NCBI GenBank assembly: GCA_963744145.1
Contig: CAVUSO010000001.1
Location: forward strand, 4,320,001 to 4,384,000
Direction: 5' to 3'
DNA: 64,000 nucleotides
Origin: an uncultured cyanobacterium
GTDB taxonomy: Bacteria > Cyanobacteriota > Cyanobacteriia > Cyanobacteriales > CAWUOF01
Under the pieces are notes generated by a model. The model was not told the origin of the DNA. It made no database searches and was given only the letters and a program-made list of their open reading frames with translations. Shown here piece by piece: positions 42,638-53,635 of the stretch. The number at the start of each line of letters is the position of its first letter. Positions within the stretch are counted from its first letter, which is position 1. The translations under genes were made by a program, and so were the position numbers.

Positions 42638-43215
42638 GATTTTGAGTTCCCATACTATACCACTATTGTAAGGTGAGAAATTAGAGATGGGGGCGATGTT
42701 TTGAGGGAATAGTGCGATCGCAATTAGAAGCTGATTTTTGGGATAATGCTATCATCATTTTACTCTTTAACTATAGATTGATTTCCTAGCGAATTTAATG
42801 ACAAACTAATATTTAAGGGAAAATTTTTACTCGATCGTTAGAAATAGAAGCAGCCGTATGGTTGAATGGGATAAAAGTTAGTTGGGTAAATTCCACCCCG
42901 ATCGCTCAAATTAATTCAGGAATCAATATTGACTTTAATGATCTTGTTCTCTAGAATCGTTGATTAATTGGTAAAATGGTAGTTTTAATAATATTCAACC
43001 CGAGTAGGACATAATTTGGATACAGTTGATCAACTGTCCCCAATCCAATCTTGATCTTTGATTAAATTTGGTTTTTATATGAGAACTCCCATGATAAATA
43101 TCACAGGAGTGACTCTAGGTTAGTGACAGAGCGATCGACCTGTGACAAAAATACTGAGGAGATCTCGATCTGATAAATTACTGAAAACTTCTGAATTAAA
43201 CAGGTATCTATTGAC

Positions 43216-44418
43216 ATGAAACCTATCAACCCAACTACAACTCATCCGTTTCCTTTTCTGCTGTATTTAGAATGGTTGTTATTAATCCTTTGTGTATTAC
43301 TCGAATTTTTACCGACACCAACCAAACATTTACCCAAAATTCCGCTGCTGAATATCCTGATTATTATCGGATTTGGAGTGATGGGTTTGCGATTACCAAA
43401 AGTCAGCCAAATTGGTAAAATCCTTTACACAGCTTTAGAAATTATTTTAATTTTAATCGCAGGACTCTCGGAAAACCTCCGATTTTTTCTGTTTCTTTAT
43501 CTAATTTTGGTAATCCGTGGTTGTTTAATTTTCCAATTATCTGGTCGTTTGATCGTTACGGGTGTAGTTTTCTTGTTATTCTTGTTGACTTTAATCCTGC
43601 GATTTGAAACTACGGATTTTCCTAATCGACTATTAGAAGAACGAGAAAAATTTTTTATTCTTAATTCGACGCTTTTATTTGGATTAGTTTTGCTGTTTGT
43701 TTTACTATTGGTAAATGCTTTGTTAGCTGAACGTAAAAGTCGGGAAAAATTGGCAAATGCTAACGAACAATTGCGTCAATATACGTTAAGAATTGAAGAC
43801 CAAGCTACTCTCCAAGAACGTAATCGGATTGCTCGGGATATTCACGATTCTTTAGGACACTCTCTGACCGCACTTAATTTGCAGCTTGAGACTGCGGTAA
43901 AATTATGGTCAGTAGATTCCACCAAAGCACATTCATTTCTAACTGAAGCGAAACGATTGGGTTCTCAAGCACTTCAAGATGTACGTTGGTCTGTTTCTGC
44001 GCTTCGATTTGATCCCCTCCAAGGTCGTTCTTTAGAAACAGCGATCGCGTCTTTAGCTGAAGAATTTCATCGGACTACTGGAATTTTACCAAATTTATAT
44101 TTTCATCTACCCAATTCGATTCCGAGTGAATTTCCTACTGCGATTTATCGGATTGTGCAAGAAGCATTGACAAATATCTGTAAATATGCTTTAGCATCGG
44201 AAGTGAAAATTCAGTTATTATCATCAGCAACAGAACTAACTTTAATCATTCAAGATAATGGTCAAGGATTTAATCAAGATAAAAATACCACAGGTTTTGG
44301 GTTACAAAGTATGCGCGATCGCACCTTAGCATTGGGAGGACAATTTCATCTGAAAACAGCACCTAATGCTGGTTGTGAGATTGCAGTTAGTTTTAGGTTA
44401 CCAAAAAATTGGAATTAA
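43216..44418 (+). CDS. membrane sensor histidine kinase (HisKA_3)
   Basis: ERNRIARDIHDSLGH, QEALTN, DNGQGF, GFGL. Confidence 0.92.
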   Translation: MKPINPTTTHPFPFLLYLEWLLLILCVLLEFLPTPTKHLPKIPLLNILIIIGFGVMGLRLPKVSQIGKILYTALEIILILIAGLSENLRFFLFLYLILVIRGCLIFQLSGRLIVTGVVFLLFLLTLILRFETTDFPNRLLEEREKFFILNSTLLFGLVLLFVLLLVNALLAERKSREKLANANEQLRQYTLRIEDQATLQERNRIARDIHDSLGHSLTALNLQLETAVKLWSVDSTKAHSFLTEAKRLGSQALQDVRWSVSALRFDPLQGRSLETAIASLAEEFHRTTGILPNLYFHLPNSIPSEFPTAIYRIVQEALTNICKYALASEVKIQLLSSATELTLIIQDNGQGFNQDKNTTGFGLQSMRDRTLALGGQFHLKTAPNAGCEIAVSFRLPKNWN

Positions 44419-44494
44419 AGGCGCAAAAGCTATCCGCTCCTACTCATAATAAAAAACCCATCCTTGAGCAGAATGGGATGAATAAATCTATCTA

Positions 44495-45256
44495 TCAAAT
44501 TCCAGAACCATCTAAAAACTCTTCAATCAACTTATCTTGAATTCGACATTTTTGAGTAAATTCAACTAGAGATACAGCTGAATTTTGTCGTCGAATTCCC
44601 AATGGAACTAAAGCATTGCTGTGAGAATTGTTTAATTCTTGGAGTTGCTGTTCTAGAGATTCTAGACGATCAACTAAAACCCGAATTACTGCTGCTTCCG
44701 AGTCAGGTAAAGAACCATGTTCTAAGGGAGCAACCTTGACCCCAGAACGATGGATAATCCGTCCAGGTATCCCAACGACAGTACAATCTGATGGGACACT
44801 TCGTAACACCACCGAACCAGCACCAATCCGGACATTATCACCAATCTGAATATTGCCCAGAACCTTAGCACCTGCACCAACTACCACATTTTCACCCAAA
44901 GTGGGATGACGTTTACCACTTTCCTTACCAGTACCACCCAAGGTAACACCCTGGTAAATTAAAGCATAATTGCCAATAATGGCAGTTTCACCAATCACTA
45001 CACCCATTCCGTGGTCAATAAATACACTATGTCCAATTACTGCACCAGGGTGAATTTCAATCCCAGTGATAAAACGAGCTAAGTGGGAAATTAACCGAGG
45101 AATAAACGGGAGTCCCAGTTGGTATAACCAATGGGAAAATCGGTGGAACAAGAGTGCTTGTAAACCTGGATAGCAGAATAACACTTCTAGCCAGTTGCGA
45201 GCCGCAGGGTCGCGCTCAAAAATTATCCGGAAATCAGCGTTGAGGGTATTTAGCAC
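44495..45256 (-). CDS. cysE: serine O-acetyltransferase
   Basis: [27 protein letters not shown]. Confidence 0.96.
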   Translation of the reverse strand: MLNTLNADFRIIFERDPAARNWLEVLFCYPGLQALLFHRFSHWLYQLGLPFIPRLISHLARFITGIEIHPGAVIGHSVFIDHGMGVVIGETAIIGNYALIYQGVTLGGTGKESGKRHPTLGENVVVGAGAKVLGNIQIGDNVRIGAGSVVLRSVPSDCTVVGIPGRIIHRSGVKVAPLEHGSLPDSEAAVIRVLVDRLESLEQQLQELNNSHSNALVPLGIRRQNSAVSLVEFTQKCRIQDKLIEEFLDGSGI

Positions 45257-45388
45257 AAATACTTATGACAGTTGAGCAAAACAAGTGATTGAATAACAGA
45301 CTATTGATTATTTTAACGAAGATCGTTTATAATGGGAAAGCCTAATTAAGAAAACCGCAAAAATTGCGGCTCTCCAGAAAAAGAATAA

Positions 45389-45890
45389 TTATGGGCTTAA
45401 TTCGGTGACAGAAATAGTATATTTCCGATTGATGTTTTCTAAGGGAGATCCCACCCAAATCTTATAGGTGCCTTTTCCCCAGCTTTTATCATCCACGCTA
45501 GCACCTCTATTAGTCGGATCTGTATCACCGCAACGAAATGTCGTGCCTCTTGGGTCCTTGGATCATTAAAGTGGTATCTTTACCACTACTGTCAACTTGG
45601 ATTTTGAGGTGATCGAAGTCATCTTTCAAATCCATGATATAGTCAGGTTTCTGTTCAGCAAAGCCTAAACAAAGGTTGTTGTTGCGATCGCGGTTAGCGA
45701 GGGAAGGGAGAGAAAAAGACCCTCCTGTCTGACCAGATGGTACTCCTACAGCAGATTTAAATCCTTTCGATAAGCTCAAAGTGCCAAAATTAGCCACCTG
45801 ATCTGCTGCAAAAGTAGGTAAAGCACTTAAAACCGCAAGCGTACTCAACAAAACACCGCATTTCAAATGCTGCATAGTTAAACTGAGCAT
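45389..45890 (-). pseudogene. secreted PPC-like protein with apparent frameshift near 45550
   Basis: ...DTTLMIQGP continues in another frame as TFRCGD...GTYKIWVGS...YTISVTELSP*. Confidence 0.65.
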
Positions 45891-46209
45891 TTTCAAGATC
45901 CTCGCGATCAATCCCAGGAGTTAAACCTCGTCTACTCACTGAGTGGACAATCTAGATGAGGCTAATTTAGTTTTAACAAACTGATGTGGCTTTGCTTGAG
46001 GTTCTAGTGACAATTATATGTCTGCCACATGAAATTGAGCTGGAACTAGATCTATTTCTGGGAGATCGGAGTAACTCAGATTGCTAGAACGGAACACTTT
46101 TGATATAAAATCCTATCATTAAGTTCCCACTCTCACCAGCTCTGATTAGTCCAAAACTGGTAGGAGTAGGCTTTTGCACTCACAAATATTTAGGAGAGGA
46201 GAGAAGATC

Positions 46210-46806
46210 ATGACATTTACACTTGCTGATTTACCTTTTGCTGATACTGCCCTGGAATCAGCCCATATGTCCAAGAACACTTTTTCCTTTCACCATGATA
46301 AGCATCATGCAGCTTATGTCAATAACCTCAACAATTTAATCAAAGATACAGAACTCGCACACCATTCCCTAGAAGATATCATCAAAGCTACCTTTAAAGA
46401 TGCCGCCAAAGTCGGTATATTCAATAACGCTGCACAAGTTTGGAACCATGACTTTTTCTGGAAGTCCCTTAAACCAGGTGGTGGTGGTACACCATCTGGA
46501 AAGTTGGCTGATAAAATCCACGCAGATTTTGGTAGTTTTGATAAATTTAAAGAAGAGTTCAAAACAGCCGCAGCAACTCAGTTTGGCAGTGGTTGGGCTT
46601 GGTTAGTATTAGATCATGGTACTTTAAAAGTAACCAAAACCCCCAATGCAGAAAACCCATTGGTTCACGGACAAACTCCGTTATTGACTCTTGATGTTTG
46701 GGAACACGCTTATTATCTAGATTTCCAAAACCGTCGTCCCGATTTTATTGCTAATTTCCTCGATCACTTAGCTAACTGGGATTTTGCGACCGCAAATTTG
46801 GGCTAA
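46210..46806 (+). CDS. sodB: Fe superoxide dismutase
   Basis: [32 protein letters not shown]. Confidence 0.95.
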   Translation: MTFTLADLPFADTALESAHMSKNTFSFHHDKHHAAYVNNLNNLIKDTELAHHSLEDIIKATFKDAAKVGIFNNAAQVWNHDFFWKSLKPGGGGTPSGKLADKIHADFGSFDKFKEEFKTAAATQFGSGWAWLVLDHGTLKVTKTPNAENPLVHGQTPLLTLDVWEHAYYLDFQNRRPDFIANFLDHLANWDFATANLG

Positions 46807-46845
46807 ATCTAGTCTGATGTTTGATTTTTTTTAATTGGACAAATC

Positions 46846-46881
46846 CGCATTTCTCCCTATGATCTCATGGTGAGAAATGCT
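46846..46881 (+). terminator. hairpin downstream of sodB
   Basis: GCATTTCTC...GAGAAATGC. Confidence 0.45.
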
Positions 46882-46931
46882 GGATTAGGATGGCTAAAAT
46901 TAGTCCTCGTCTGGGAAAGTGGTGAGACAAA

Positions 46932-47156
46932 ATGGATAGCAAACAATTAGCCCAATATATCGAAACAACTGATGGGATTACCAAACCTTGGCTATTATTG
47001 CAACTACGCTTAAAGAAACTTAAAGAACGTTCTTCTACGATTACAGTAGAAGAGTATACCCACGAGTTAGCAGAAATTCACCAACATCTGATGAACTTAG
47101 GGGAATGGTGGGTCGGGATCGAACCAGAAGTATTTGGTTTGTCAAACAAAATCTGA
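46932..47156 (+). CDS. small conserved-type hypothetical protein
   Basis: KPWLLLQLRLKKLKE...LGEWWVGIE. Confidence 0.75.
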   Translation: MDSKQLAQYIETTDGITKPWLLLQLRLKKLKERSSTITVEEYTHELAEIHQHLMNLGEWWVGIEPEVFGLSNKI

Positions 47157-47241
47157 AAAAGTTTAGATGAGTAGCAAAATATATGGGAATGGAAAAATTT
47201 CCATTCATGCAGCTTTTTGTCCATACCACTAACCTAAAATC

Positions 47242-49374
47242 ATGTCACGACCAAAAAAGACTGCTCCGGAAATTAATCTCCAAGCTCCCCAATATTACTT
47301 TAACCGAGAATTAAGCTGGCTAGAGTTCAATAGTCGAGTTTTGCACGAAGCACTAGACTCACGGACACCTTTGTTAGAGCGACTCAAGTTTTTGGCAATT
47401 TTTAGCTCTAACTTAGATGAATATTTTATGGTGCGGGTAGCTGCTCTGAAACAACAGGTGGAAGCAAAGGTAACTCAACGAACACCTGATGGTCGTACCC
47501 CACAGGAACAGCTCGATGCGATTAGTCAAGGGTTACACCCTATGGTAACTCAACAACACCAGCATTTTGAAAAGGTGTTGCGATCGCAATTAGCCCTAGA
47601 AGGTATCCATCTGCTCGACTATGTGCAATTAAATCAGGAACAGAAGAGCTACCTCAAGGGTTATTTTGATGAACAAATTTTTCCAGTCCTGACACCTTTA
47701 GCGATCGATCCGGGTCATCCTTTTCCTTATATTTCTAATCTTAGTTTAAGTTTAGCTGTGGTGGTCAAAGACCCAGATACTGGAGAGGAAAAATTTGCCC
47801 GGGTCAAAGTTCCCAAAGTTTTACCCCGGTTTTTACCTTTACCAGAGAATTTACGTTTTCAACAAAAAGATCAACTAGCAATTTGGACTGGAGTACCTTT
47901 AGAGCAGGTAATTGCTCATAATATTCAAGCATTGTTTTCCGGGATGGATATTCTGGAATATCACCCATTTCGGATTACAAGGAATGCGGATTTAGAAGTA
48001 GAAGAAGATGAAGCAGAGGATCTGTTACTTGCGATCGAACAGGAATTAAGAAAACGTCGGATTGGTGGTTCAGTAGTACGGATGGAAATTCAATCTACTA
48101 TGCCCGAAGCGGTGTTAAGGATGTTAATGGAAGAATTATCCTTAACAGAAAGTGATGTTTATGCAGTTGAGGGGTTGTTGAGTTTAGGAGATTTAATGGG
48201 ATTGATGGGACTACCTGTACCAGAATTAAAAGATCCGGTATGGACACCCGTTGTTCCCGGACCAATTCGGCGATTTAGTGAACAAATCGATGGGGATGAG
48301 GGACCAGATTTGTTTACTTTAATTAGGCATAAAGATTTACTATTACACCATCCTTATCATTCTTTTGCCGCCACTGTGCAAATGTTTATTACTCAAGCTG
48401 CTCACGATCCAGCTGTATTAGCAATTAAAATGACTCTTTACCGGACTTCGGGAGATTCACCAATTGTTAATGCTTTGATTGCTGCTGCTGAAAATGGTAA
48501 ACAAGTAGCAGTTTTGGTAGAATTGAAAGCACGTTTTGATGAGGAGAATAATATTAATTGGGCAAGGAAGTTAGAACAAGTTGGGGTTCATGTAGTGTAT
48601 GGGTTAGTGGGATTAAAAACTCATACAAAAGTTGTGATGGTAGTCCGTCGAGAAGAAGGTCATATTCGGCGTTATGTGCATATCGGTACAGGGAACTATA
48701 ATCCGAAGACAGCCCGACTTTATACAGATTTAGGTTTGTTAAGTTGTCGGGAAGAATTGGGTGCAGATTTGACCGATTTATTTAATTATTTGACTGGTTA
48801 CTCCCGACAAAAATCCTATCGGAAATTGTTGATAGCTCCAGTAAATATGCGATCGCGAATGACTGAGTTAATTCTCCGGGAAGCTGAGAATTGTAAAAAT
48901 GGTGGTTCGGGTCGAATTGTGGCTAAAATGAATGCTTTAGTCGATCCGCAAATTATTGCTACTCTCTATGAAGCAGCGATCGCTGGAGTCAAAATTGATT
49001 TAATTGTCCGAGGAATGTGTTGTTTACGTCCAGGGATTCCTGGTGTGAGTGAAAATATTCGTGTCGTTAGTATAGTTGGTCGTTTCTTAGAACACTCACG
49101 GATTTATTATTTTCATAACCAAGGACAAGAGGAGCTTTATATTGGGAGTGCGGACTGGATGAATCGGAATCTGAGTCGTCGAGTGGAAGCAATTACACCG
49201 ATCGAAGATCCAGAGATTGGTAAAGATTTAATGGAAATTCTGGCAATTATGCTAGCAGATAACCGTCAATCCTGGGAACTGCAACCAGATGGTCATTACA
49301 TCCAAAATCATCCGGATGAAAACTCTCCTGAAAATAGCAGTCAAGTAATTTTAATGGAAATGGCACTACAATAA
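47242..49374 (+). CDS. ppk1: polyphosphate kinase 1
   Basis: NRELSWLEFN, HHPY, KARFDEENN, GRFLEHSR. Confidence 0.97.
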   Translation: MSRPKKTAPEINLQAPQYYFNRELSWLEFNSRVLHEALDSRTPLLERLKFLAIFSSNLDEYFMVRVAALKQQVEAKVTQRTPDGRTPQEQLDAISQGLHPMVTQQHQHFEKVLRSQLALEGIHLLDYVQLNQEQKSYLKGYFDEQIFPVLTPLAIDPGHPFPYISNLSLSLAVVVKDPDTGEEKFARVKVPKVLPRFLPLPENLRFQQKDQLAIWTGVPLEQVIAHNIQALFSGMDILEYHPFRITRNADLEVEEDEAEDLLLAIEQELRKRRIGGSVVRMEIQSTMPEAVLRMLMEELSLTESDVYAVEGLLSLGDLMGLMGLPVPELKDPVWTPVVPGPIRRFSEQIDGDEGPDLFTLIRHKDLLLHHPYHSFAATVQMFITQAAHDPAVLAIKMTLYRTSGDSPIVNALIAAAENGKQVAVLVELKARFDEENNINWARKLEQVGVHVVYGLVGLKTHTKVVMVVRREEGHIRRYVHIGTGNYNPKTARLYTDLGLLSCREELGADLTDLFNYLTGYSRQKSYRKLLIAPVNMRSRMTELILREAENCKNGGSGRIVAKMNALVDPQIIATLYEAAIAGVKIDLIVRGMCCLRPGIPGVSENIRVVSIVGRFLEHSRIYYFHNQGQEELYIGSADWMNRNLSRRVEAITPIEDPEIGKDLMEILAIMLADNRQSWELQPDGHYIQNHPDENSPENSSQVILMEMALQ

Positions 49375-49418
49375 TTAGTGGCTGGTTCATGGTGATTCAT
49401 CCCATGAACCAGGGATCA

Positions 49419-49598
49419 CTAATTATGATCTTCTGGAAAAGTCCGCTTAAATTCTTCCAGAAGATCATCAATTTCTTCTAGAGCTTGATTCACATCTAAG
49501 CGCAAATTTCCCAGATGAGGTTGCTCCAACAGTTGAACTAAAGACTCACGTTTAGCTTTAATCACCTTAATGCGGTCTTTAATGGTATCTATATCCAT
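49419..49598 (-). CDS. 59-aa helical protein (below the ORF-track cutoff)
   Basis: MDIDTIKDRIKVIKAKRESLVQLLEQPHLGNLRLDVNQALEEIDDLLEEFKRTFPEDHN*; AAGGA RBS. Confidence 0.75.
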   Translation of the reverse strand: MDIDTIKDRIKVIKAKRESLVQLLEQPHLGNLRLDVNQALEEIDDLLEEFKRTFPEDHN

Positions 49599-49771
49599 TT
49601 TTTGCTTCCTTTACCAATGGGGGTACAATTTTTGTCTAGTAATTACTAAAGACAATTTCAGTATAGATTCTAGCAGAGGATAGCAATTTGGCAAAATCGG
49701 AATTGTGTTTTTTGCTAAAATCAGATAAAATCTAAGTTGATCAGAAATCTATCACTGTAAGGAAATATCTC

Positions 49772-50209
49772 ATGGCTCTAACTGTAGGTTCAGACGCTCC
49801 CGCGTTTACGGTTAAAGATACTAACGGTAACGAGGTTAGTCTTTCTGATTTTAAGGGAAAAACCGTCGTTTTATACTTCTACCCCAAAGATGACACCCCA
49901 GGTTGTACCAAACAAGCTTGTAGTTTTAGGGACGCTGCTGATACCTATACAAGCAACAATGTGGTGGTACTTGGTGTGAGTGCAGATGACGAAGCGTCTC
50001 ATCAAGCATTTACCAACAAGTATAATTTGAATTTCCCATTGCTTGCAGATACAGAGCAGCAGTTGATTAAAGCTTACGATGTTGATGGTGGAGGTTATGC
50101 TAAACGGGTTACTTATGTGATTGATGGTAATGGGAAGATCACCCATGTCGATGGTAGCGTGAATACAGCTACTCATGCTAATGATGTCTTAGCTCAACTG
50201 GGCTTATGA
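49772..50209 (+). CDS. bcp: peroxiredoxin PrxQ/BCP
   Basis: YFYPKDDTPGCT. Confidence 0.92.
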   Translation: MALTVGSDAPAFTVKDTNGNEVSLSDFKGKTVVLYFYPKDDTPGCTKQACSFRDAADTYTSNNVVVLGVSADDEASHQAFTNKYNLNFPLLADTEQQLIKAYDVDGGGYAKRVTYVIDGNGKITHVDGSVNTATHANDVLAQLGL

Positions 50210-50316
50210 TTTCTCAGCATAGACAATAATTTTTTCTAATCGCTGTTTTTGCAGGATTGAGCAACACCCAAAAAATATTTTTGGGTGTATTTGAATTTTA
50301 ATGTTATGTTAATTGC

Positions 50317-50656
50317 AATACGATCAGTTAAGTGTAGGGGTGAAGCATTCGGGCGATAATTGAACAATCAAGCTAGTAATATTAGATCCGAATGCTTCAC
50401 CCTTCTAAAGCGGAGAAGCTCCCAAAAAATTCTTAACTGAATATATTGTAGTATATAGTTGATCTGTTGGCTGCATAGATGTGAGGGCAAAGCATTTCGG
50501 TCATATTAATATATAGTTGATCTGTTGGCTGCATAGATGTGAGGGCAAAGCATTTCGGTCATATTATTCTTCCCTTCGACTACGCTCAGGATAAACGTTT
50601 AATCAATTATTTATTCGCCGAAATGCTTTGCCCCTACAGTTAACTGAACCGGATTG
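50317..50656. mobile_element. MITE-like element carrying a REP doublet
   Basis: CAATACGATCAGTTAA...TTAACTGAACCGGATTG ends; homologous to 59142-59402; has an internal duplication and a 24-nt insertion. Confidence 0.85.
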
Positions 50657-50719
50657 TGTTATATTACTCTAGCTAACTACAAGTTGCATAGCAGAAAATT
50701 AATCTTTTGTTGATGTACT

Positions 50720-52822
50720 ATGAACAATTTACCCTCACCTCCACCAGGATTTTCCCAGTTAACTATTCTCCAAAATACCAAAATTAAAAGTAAACCTAGT
50801 GATTCATCTCTATTAGCTAATAATGAAAAAGCTGATCTAACTCAAGGACAGAATTTTTTAATTATCGGTTATGTTTCCGTAGCTGGACATTTTCGAGTTA
50901 CTCTCAGTGAAGCTATCCCCAATTTTGGCAAAATTGGTTATGTTTATGCACCTCATGTCCAAATTCAAAAAGATGGTCAAGCGATCGCTTATGATCCTAA
51001 TGCTGTAACTTTAACCGTCCTCAAAAATGCTACCTTTAAAAAGCAACCAGTTGACGAAGCAAATCTGACCGATGGAGATAAAACTAATTTCCCCGTTGGG
51101 ATGATTTATGGAGTATCTGGATATAGTTTTGAATCAGGACAGCTAAAAGTTTCCCTCACCGAAAATATCCCAAATTTTGGTAATACAGGTTATCTTCAGA
51201 CTGATGTGGTTCAACTAAATCGAGGTGGTGAAATCTTCAACCTCACCCCAATCCTAACCTATCGAGGTCCGAAAGAACTTTTTGTCAAACAGCTCACAAT
51301 TCTTAATGGAACTTTTGACCCCAAACAAGTAACTAATATTTCCTTAGTCGCTGAAGATAAATATCCTTTGAATGTAAGTTTAAATAAAAAAACAGGGGTT
51401 TGGCAAACCATTATAAAGCAAGGTTTTCAAGCTACAGGTGCGCGGTGGTTACGTTTAAAAGGAGCTAATAGTGCTGGCAAAATTGTGGGTAATCAAGTAA
51501 TTAAACTGACCGTAATTACAGACAATCAAATAGCTGGTCAAAATTTTACCTTAAATATTTTAAAAGATACATTTTTTAAAATCTCACCAAATGATTCTAG
51601 CAAACTAAATGACCAACAAAAAGTCTTTGTCAAAGCTGGTCAAACCTATACTGTCAGTAACTATGGTTACATCGATGGACATCTGAAAATCGCATTAACT
51701 AGCTTAATTCCACCTCTGGGAAACTTTGGCTATTTTTATGAAGGTGATGTCCAACTGAACAAAGGAAATCAAATTTTACGATTTGATATTGAAGATGTAC
51801 CTAATTCTAATCTGAGCGCTCAGATGTTAGTGACTGAAAAAACTCGGATCAAAATTCAGCCGATCGATTCAACCCACCTAGCTGATAATCAAAAAGCTGA
51901 TTTACTCCAAGGACAAACTTTAGCAATTACTGGTTATGCTTGTACTCAAGGACATTTTCGAGTTACTTTAGCTGAACCAATACCAGGTTTTGGTAATGTG
52001 GGTTATATTTATTGGTTACACGTCCGGATTAAGAAAGATAATCAGGTAATCGCTTATGATCCTGATGCGTTAACAGTCACAATTTTACAACCAACAATTT
52101 TAAAGAAAAAACCAGTAGATGGTAGTCAATTAAATGATAATGAAAAAGCAACTATGCCCTTAGGTAGAGTTTATGGATTATCTAGCTATGGAATCGAACA
52201 AGGACATATTAAAGTAGCTTTAACTGAACAATTACCACCAATTGGTAATACTGGTTATGTTTATCCCAGTTATGTGTTAATGAGACGCGGTGGTACAACG
52301 ATCAATCCTTATCCCAGTCAAGTAGAGTTAAATGTACCCTATTTTTCCCAACGAGATAATCCACGTTTTTATGAGAGTACCTGTAATGTGACATCAATCT
52401 CAATGGCATTTTACTATTATGGAGTGCGATCGCAATCAGATGGACGTTTAGAAGATGAATTATTACAATGGTGTTTGGATAAATATGGTGAAGGTTCCCA
52501 AACAGATCATGATGTTTTAAATCAATTAATCTGTGCTTATGGGTTTAAGACAAGTTTTAGTACAGGTCGTCGTTGGTCAGATGTCACAGAAGAGATCATT
52601 AATCGTCGTCCGGTAATTCTTGCGGGTAACTTTACTCCCAGTGGGCATATAATTTGTGTAGTTGGGTTTACACCGGACGGTTTAATCGTTAATGATCCTT
52701 GGGGAGATGCTTTGAGTGGTTATGACGATACAGAAGGTGCGAAACTACTATATCCTAATAGTTATCTCAATGATGTAGCTGGTCCGGATGGCAATGTCTG
52801 GGCACACTTTATTTCCCGTTGA
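50720..52822 (+). CDS. C39-like peptidase with N-terminal repeated beta modules
   Basis: LNVPYFSQ, CNVTS, GHII, VNDPWG; about five repeats of KxxPxDS...GH.RV.L...G..GY. Confidence 0.85.
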   Translation: MNNLPSPPPGFSQLTILQNTKIKSKPSDSSLLANNEKADLTQGQNFLIIGYVSVAGHFRVTLSEAIPNFGKIGYVYAPHVQIQKDGQAIAYDPNAVTLTVLKNATFKKQPVDEANLTDGDKTNFPVGMIYGVSGYSFESGQLKVSLTENIPNFGNTGYLQTDVVQLNRGGEIFNLTPILTYRGPKELFVKQLTILNGTFDPKQVTNISLVAEDKYPLNVSLNKKTGVWQTIIKQGFQATGARWLRLKGANSAGKIVGNQVIKLTVITDNQIAGQNFTLNILKDTFFKISPNDSSKLNDQQKVFVKAGQTYTVSNYGYIDGHLKIALTSLIPPLGNFGYFYEGDVQLNKGNQILRFDIEDVPNSNLSAQMLVTEKTRIKIQPIDSTHLADNQKADLLQGQTLAITGYACTQGHFRVTLAEPIPGFGNVGYIYWLHVRIKKDNQVIAYDPDALTVTILQPTILKKKPVDGSQLNDNEKATMPLGRVYGLSSYGIEQGHIKVALTEQLPPIGNTGYVYPSYVLMRRGGTTINPYPSQVELNVPYFSQRDNPRFYESTCNVTSISMAFYYYGVRSQSDGRLEDELLQWCLDKYGEGSQTDHDVLNQLICAYGFKTSFSTGRRWSDVTEEIINRRPVILAGNFTPSGHIICVVGFTPDGLIVNDPWGDALSGYDDTEGAKLLYPNSYLNDVAGPDGNVWAHFISR

Positions 52823-53018
52823 TTGGGAATTGGATTAAATTCCTGAGCTAATGGTTGTTGAGGGATAGAGAAGGAGCGATCGCTGATTTATAAGAAAGCA
52901 GCTAATTTATTTCAAGCTCAAGGAATAAATGAAGATGCTAAAAAAGCTTTAGTAATAATTGAGCAACTACCAGAATAGATAGGAGTAGCAATATTATTAT
53001 CCGTAGGAAATTGATAGA

Positions 53019-53594
53019 TTATTGTTGCATTGGTTGATTCTTATGATCAAGAAATTTGGTGGGATTTTCTGGATCTTCTTCCCATTTTAATGGGTTTTCT
53101 TGGATATAAAGTTTAATATTTTCATAGGCGCGATCGCTCCGAATAATAGTTTCATAATAATTCCTTTGCCAAATAGTTCCGGAATTTCTAGTAATAGTAT
53201 TTACCCGTCGCGTCGAAACTGATTTAAAATTTTGGACGATCGCTCCTAATGAGTCTTTTTTCGTACCATTAGGCATAGAATTTTTTGTTAAATCAGCAGT
53301 ATGACTATTAATTAAATCAGAATGATCAATCAAGCAAATTATGCCATGTAAATGATTAGGCATAACCACGAAATCATCCAGTCTAATTTTAGTAAAATTA
53401 TTCGGTAAATTTAACCAAACTTCCTGCACTATTTTACCGATAACACTAAGGGAAATAATCCCTCCTTTAATCTCACCAAATAAGCAATTTTTTTGAACAG
53501 AACAAATTGTCACAAAATAAGCACCAGCGCTGGCATAATCATAACGAGGTAAACGAATTGAGCGACGGTGATGAACATCAGGATTATAAGACAT
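53019..53594 (-). mobile_element. rayT: REP-associated tyrosine transposase (RAYT/TnpA-REP, IS200-like Y1)
   Basis: RRSIRLPRYDY, YFVTIC, MPNHLHG (HUH), WQRNYY, YIQENP; REP array immediately upstream. Confidence 0.9.
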
Positions 53595-53635
53595 AAAAAA
53601 ACATAACCTAAATTTTTCATAATTTTATCCCCTCC

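Noticed and set aside
52855..52978. TPR-like coding scrap (DREGAIAD...AANLFQAQG)
   Set aside because: Too short and interrupted to call as a feature.
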